This document shows, one piece after another, positions 62,346 through 64,000 of a stretch of 64,000 nt of DNA. Each line of letters opens with the position of its first letter. Positions within the stretch are counted from its first letter, which is position 1. The DNA is from Mobula hypostoma (taxonomy: Eukaryota): NCBI RefSeq assembly GCF_963921235.1, contig NC_086109.1:24802001-24866000 (forward strand), read 5' to 3'. The notes under the pieces were generated by a model that had not been told where the DNA came from, ran no database searches, and saw nothing but the letters and a program-made list of their open reading frames with translations. The position numbers and the translations under genes were made by a program.

Positions 62346-63364
62346 TTTGATGGACTCATCTTAGTTTTCTATAGCTCAGATTGAAAACTTGGATTGATTC
62401 ATACAAGATTTAGATCGTTTCACTTGTGTTATCATCGAATTGTTCTGATACAGCTGAGAAATAGGCCTTTCAAGTTAAGTAAATAAGTTAAGGATGGCAG
62501 TGCTCACATGAAACAACTGTATATTTATCTTTTAAAGTAGCAACGCATCTGTTGGATTGTAAGGGAAAGGAACCCATGACACCAAGGGGAGCTGAAGGTA
62601 TTTGGATGGAAGTTTAACCCTGATTTGATTCATTAAAGGTGCTTGTTGACAGGGAATGCCAGCCCTTCAGGGAACTCCCGGTTTACCCACTCAGGTTACC
62701 TACCAACCTGCCAACAAATATAAGAATTCAAATTTGTCAATTTACTTTCTGTATATATTCCTGCAGTAATAATAAAACAGAGATCACAAAGCAATTACAG
62801 GAGATCCTGTGGAATAGTTTAGTAGTTACAGGGAGTATTACAAGGAGGATATTACAAGAGTATTGCTTTAACACATAGTGTATTATTATTTACAAAGATT
62901 CCTTGGAAATGTACTAATATCAACATGGATTCCCTCAAAATGCATCAATTTGTATAAAGGTCTCCAGGAATGTTTTAATATTTGGAAGGATTGTAGTGTA
63001 AATAATAGATATGTATCAATATTTTCAGAGTATCCCTGTGAATGCACCAACGTTTGCAGGGTTTTCCTGTAAGTGAGTTCTGCAGGGGCTTGACCGAAGT
63101 GTATTAGCTCTCCGAAGTGACCCTCGGGTATAGAACATAGAACCGTACAGTACTGGGCCTTTAGCCTGTGAGGTAATGAAATGGGTGAAAACATATGCAC
63201 CATTCACAACCACCAACATTGAGTTGGGGTTCACTTTAAGAGACTGTCTGATGCAATGACATAGTGACATGAAGGTCTCTAACAAATTTTACGGTCTACA
63301 TCTAGTTGTCAATGAAATTAGTTGTTATGGTTTCCCTTAAGCTTATAACACCTCTCTCGTTTTA

Positions 63365-63632
63365 CTTACAGGCCCATAATGTTGTACTGATCTTTTAACC
63401 TACTCTAAGATTAATCTAACCTTTTTCACCTACATAGTCCTCCATTTTTCTATCATCCCTGTGCCTGTCCGAGAGTTTCTTAAATGTACGTAATGTATCT
63501 GCTTGTACCTTCACCCGTGCTAGGGTGTTTCACACACTCACCACTCTCTGTGTAAAGAAGTTGCCTCTGACATCCTCCCTATATACTTACCTCCAATCAC
63601 CTTAAAATTATGTCCTTTCCTATTAGCCAGTG
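63365..63632 (-). mobile_element. CR1 3' fragment
   Basis: CACACACTCACCACTCTCTGTGTAAAGAAGTTGCC is the reverse of 'NFFTQRVVSV'. Confidence 0.75.
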
Positions 63633-63729
63633 TTGAGTATGCAGTGATCTTTATGAGAGGTTCCAGGGCATGTGAGGCTATTTATAATGGTTCCTTGGAA
63701 AACTAGCCTATAGCACTATTTGTATATAT

Positions 63730-64000
63730 GTTGTGGTTTGGAGGCTTGCATGCCCAAATGACCCAGAGAGCCATGCTGGCTGGTGTCAAGGCCTTGTGCT
63801 TTAGCTCTTGGTAGAGTCACCCATGCCAAACAGGTCAAAGGGCAGAGGCCAGACTAAGAATGGGCCAGCGGTCATCCAAGTTTGGGGGTTCAGCTTAGGG
63901 CTAAAAACCCTGACTGGTCAAAATAATATGTTATGGCAACAACAATGGAGAATCCTTCCATATCTGTGTGCACCAGTATGGACCGACAGAGATGGAGGAC
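63730..64000 (+). mobile_element. Second copy of the 54878-55280 family, running off the window
   Basis: Shared CAAACAGGTCAAAGGGCAGAGG and GGGTTCAGCTTAGGGCTAAAAACCCTGACTGGT. Confidence 0.7.

Larger units (their letters stand above)
57054..63068 (+). pseudogene. Putative decayed cadherin-related gene (CDHR3/CDHR4-like)
   Basis: Exon 57054-57191 spliced to 57346 gives 'FLKNFPNT...LFSFMLDSYAADMSPVYKAFLHAISINA'. Also 'SVHEL/DTD...TLTELQIVLKDV...SFY...FAMDYNP' (58995-59200), 'LGFKYIIVD' (~59570) and 'IPVNAPTFAGFS|GTAAGT' (63032-63068). Frameshifts and stops in most segments. Confidence 0.6.

Overview
Eukaryotic, repeat-dense DNA. The repeat set (CR1, Rex1/Babar, V-SINE/HE1-like, Deu-domain SINEs, Penelope-derived short elements, Tc1 MITEs, Gypsy relics) points to a cartilaginous fish, probably a ray; this is inference. 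There is no intact protein-coding gene, true tRNA/rRNA gene or CRISPR array. Most ORF-track entries are transposon fragments or chance ORFs. Three signals stand out. (1) Unique DNA between the repeats from about 6.0 to 40.6 kb carries a collinear series of frameshifted or stop-containing exon remnants on the + strand. They read as several FN3 repeats, a receptor-PTP membrane-proximal region, a TM-like stretch and PTP catalytic motifs in the expected order, suggesting a heavily decayed receptor tyrosine phosphatase gene. (2) From 57.05 to 63.07 kb a second decayed + strand gene resembles CDHR3/CDHR4-type cadherins. (3) About ten copies of a Penelope-derived element carry a minimal type-I hammerhead ribozyme motif (AGUC-CUGANGA-stem II-GAAA-NN-UH-GACU), some as inverted pairs and some with target-site duplications. 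All protein-family calls come from manual translation and remembered motifs and need HMM/tblastn confirmation. Repeat boundaries are approximate unless a TSD is quoted.
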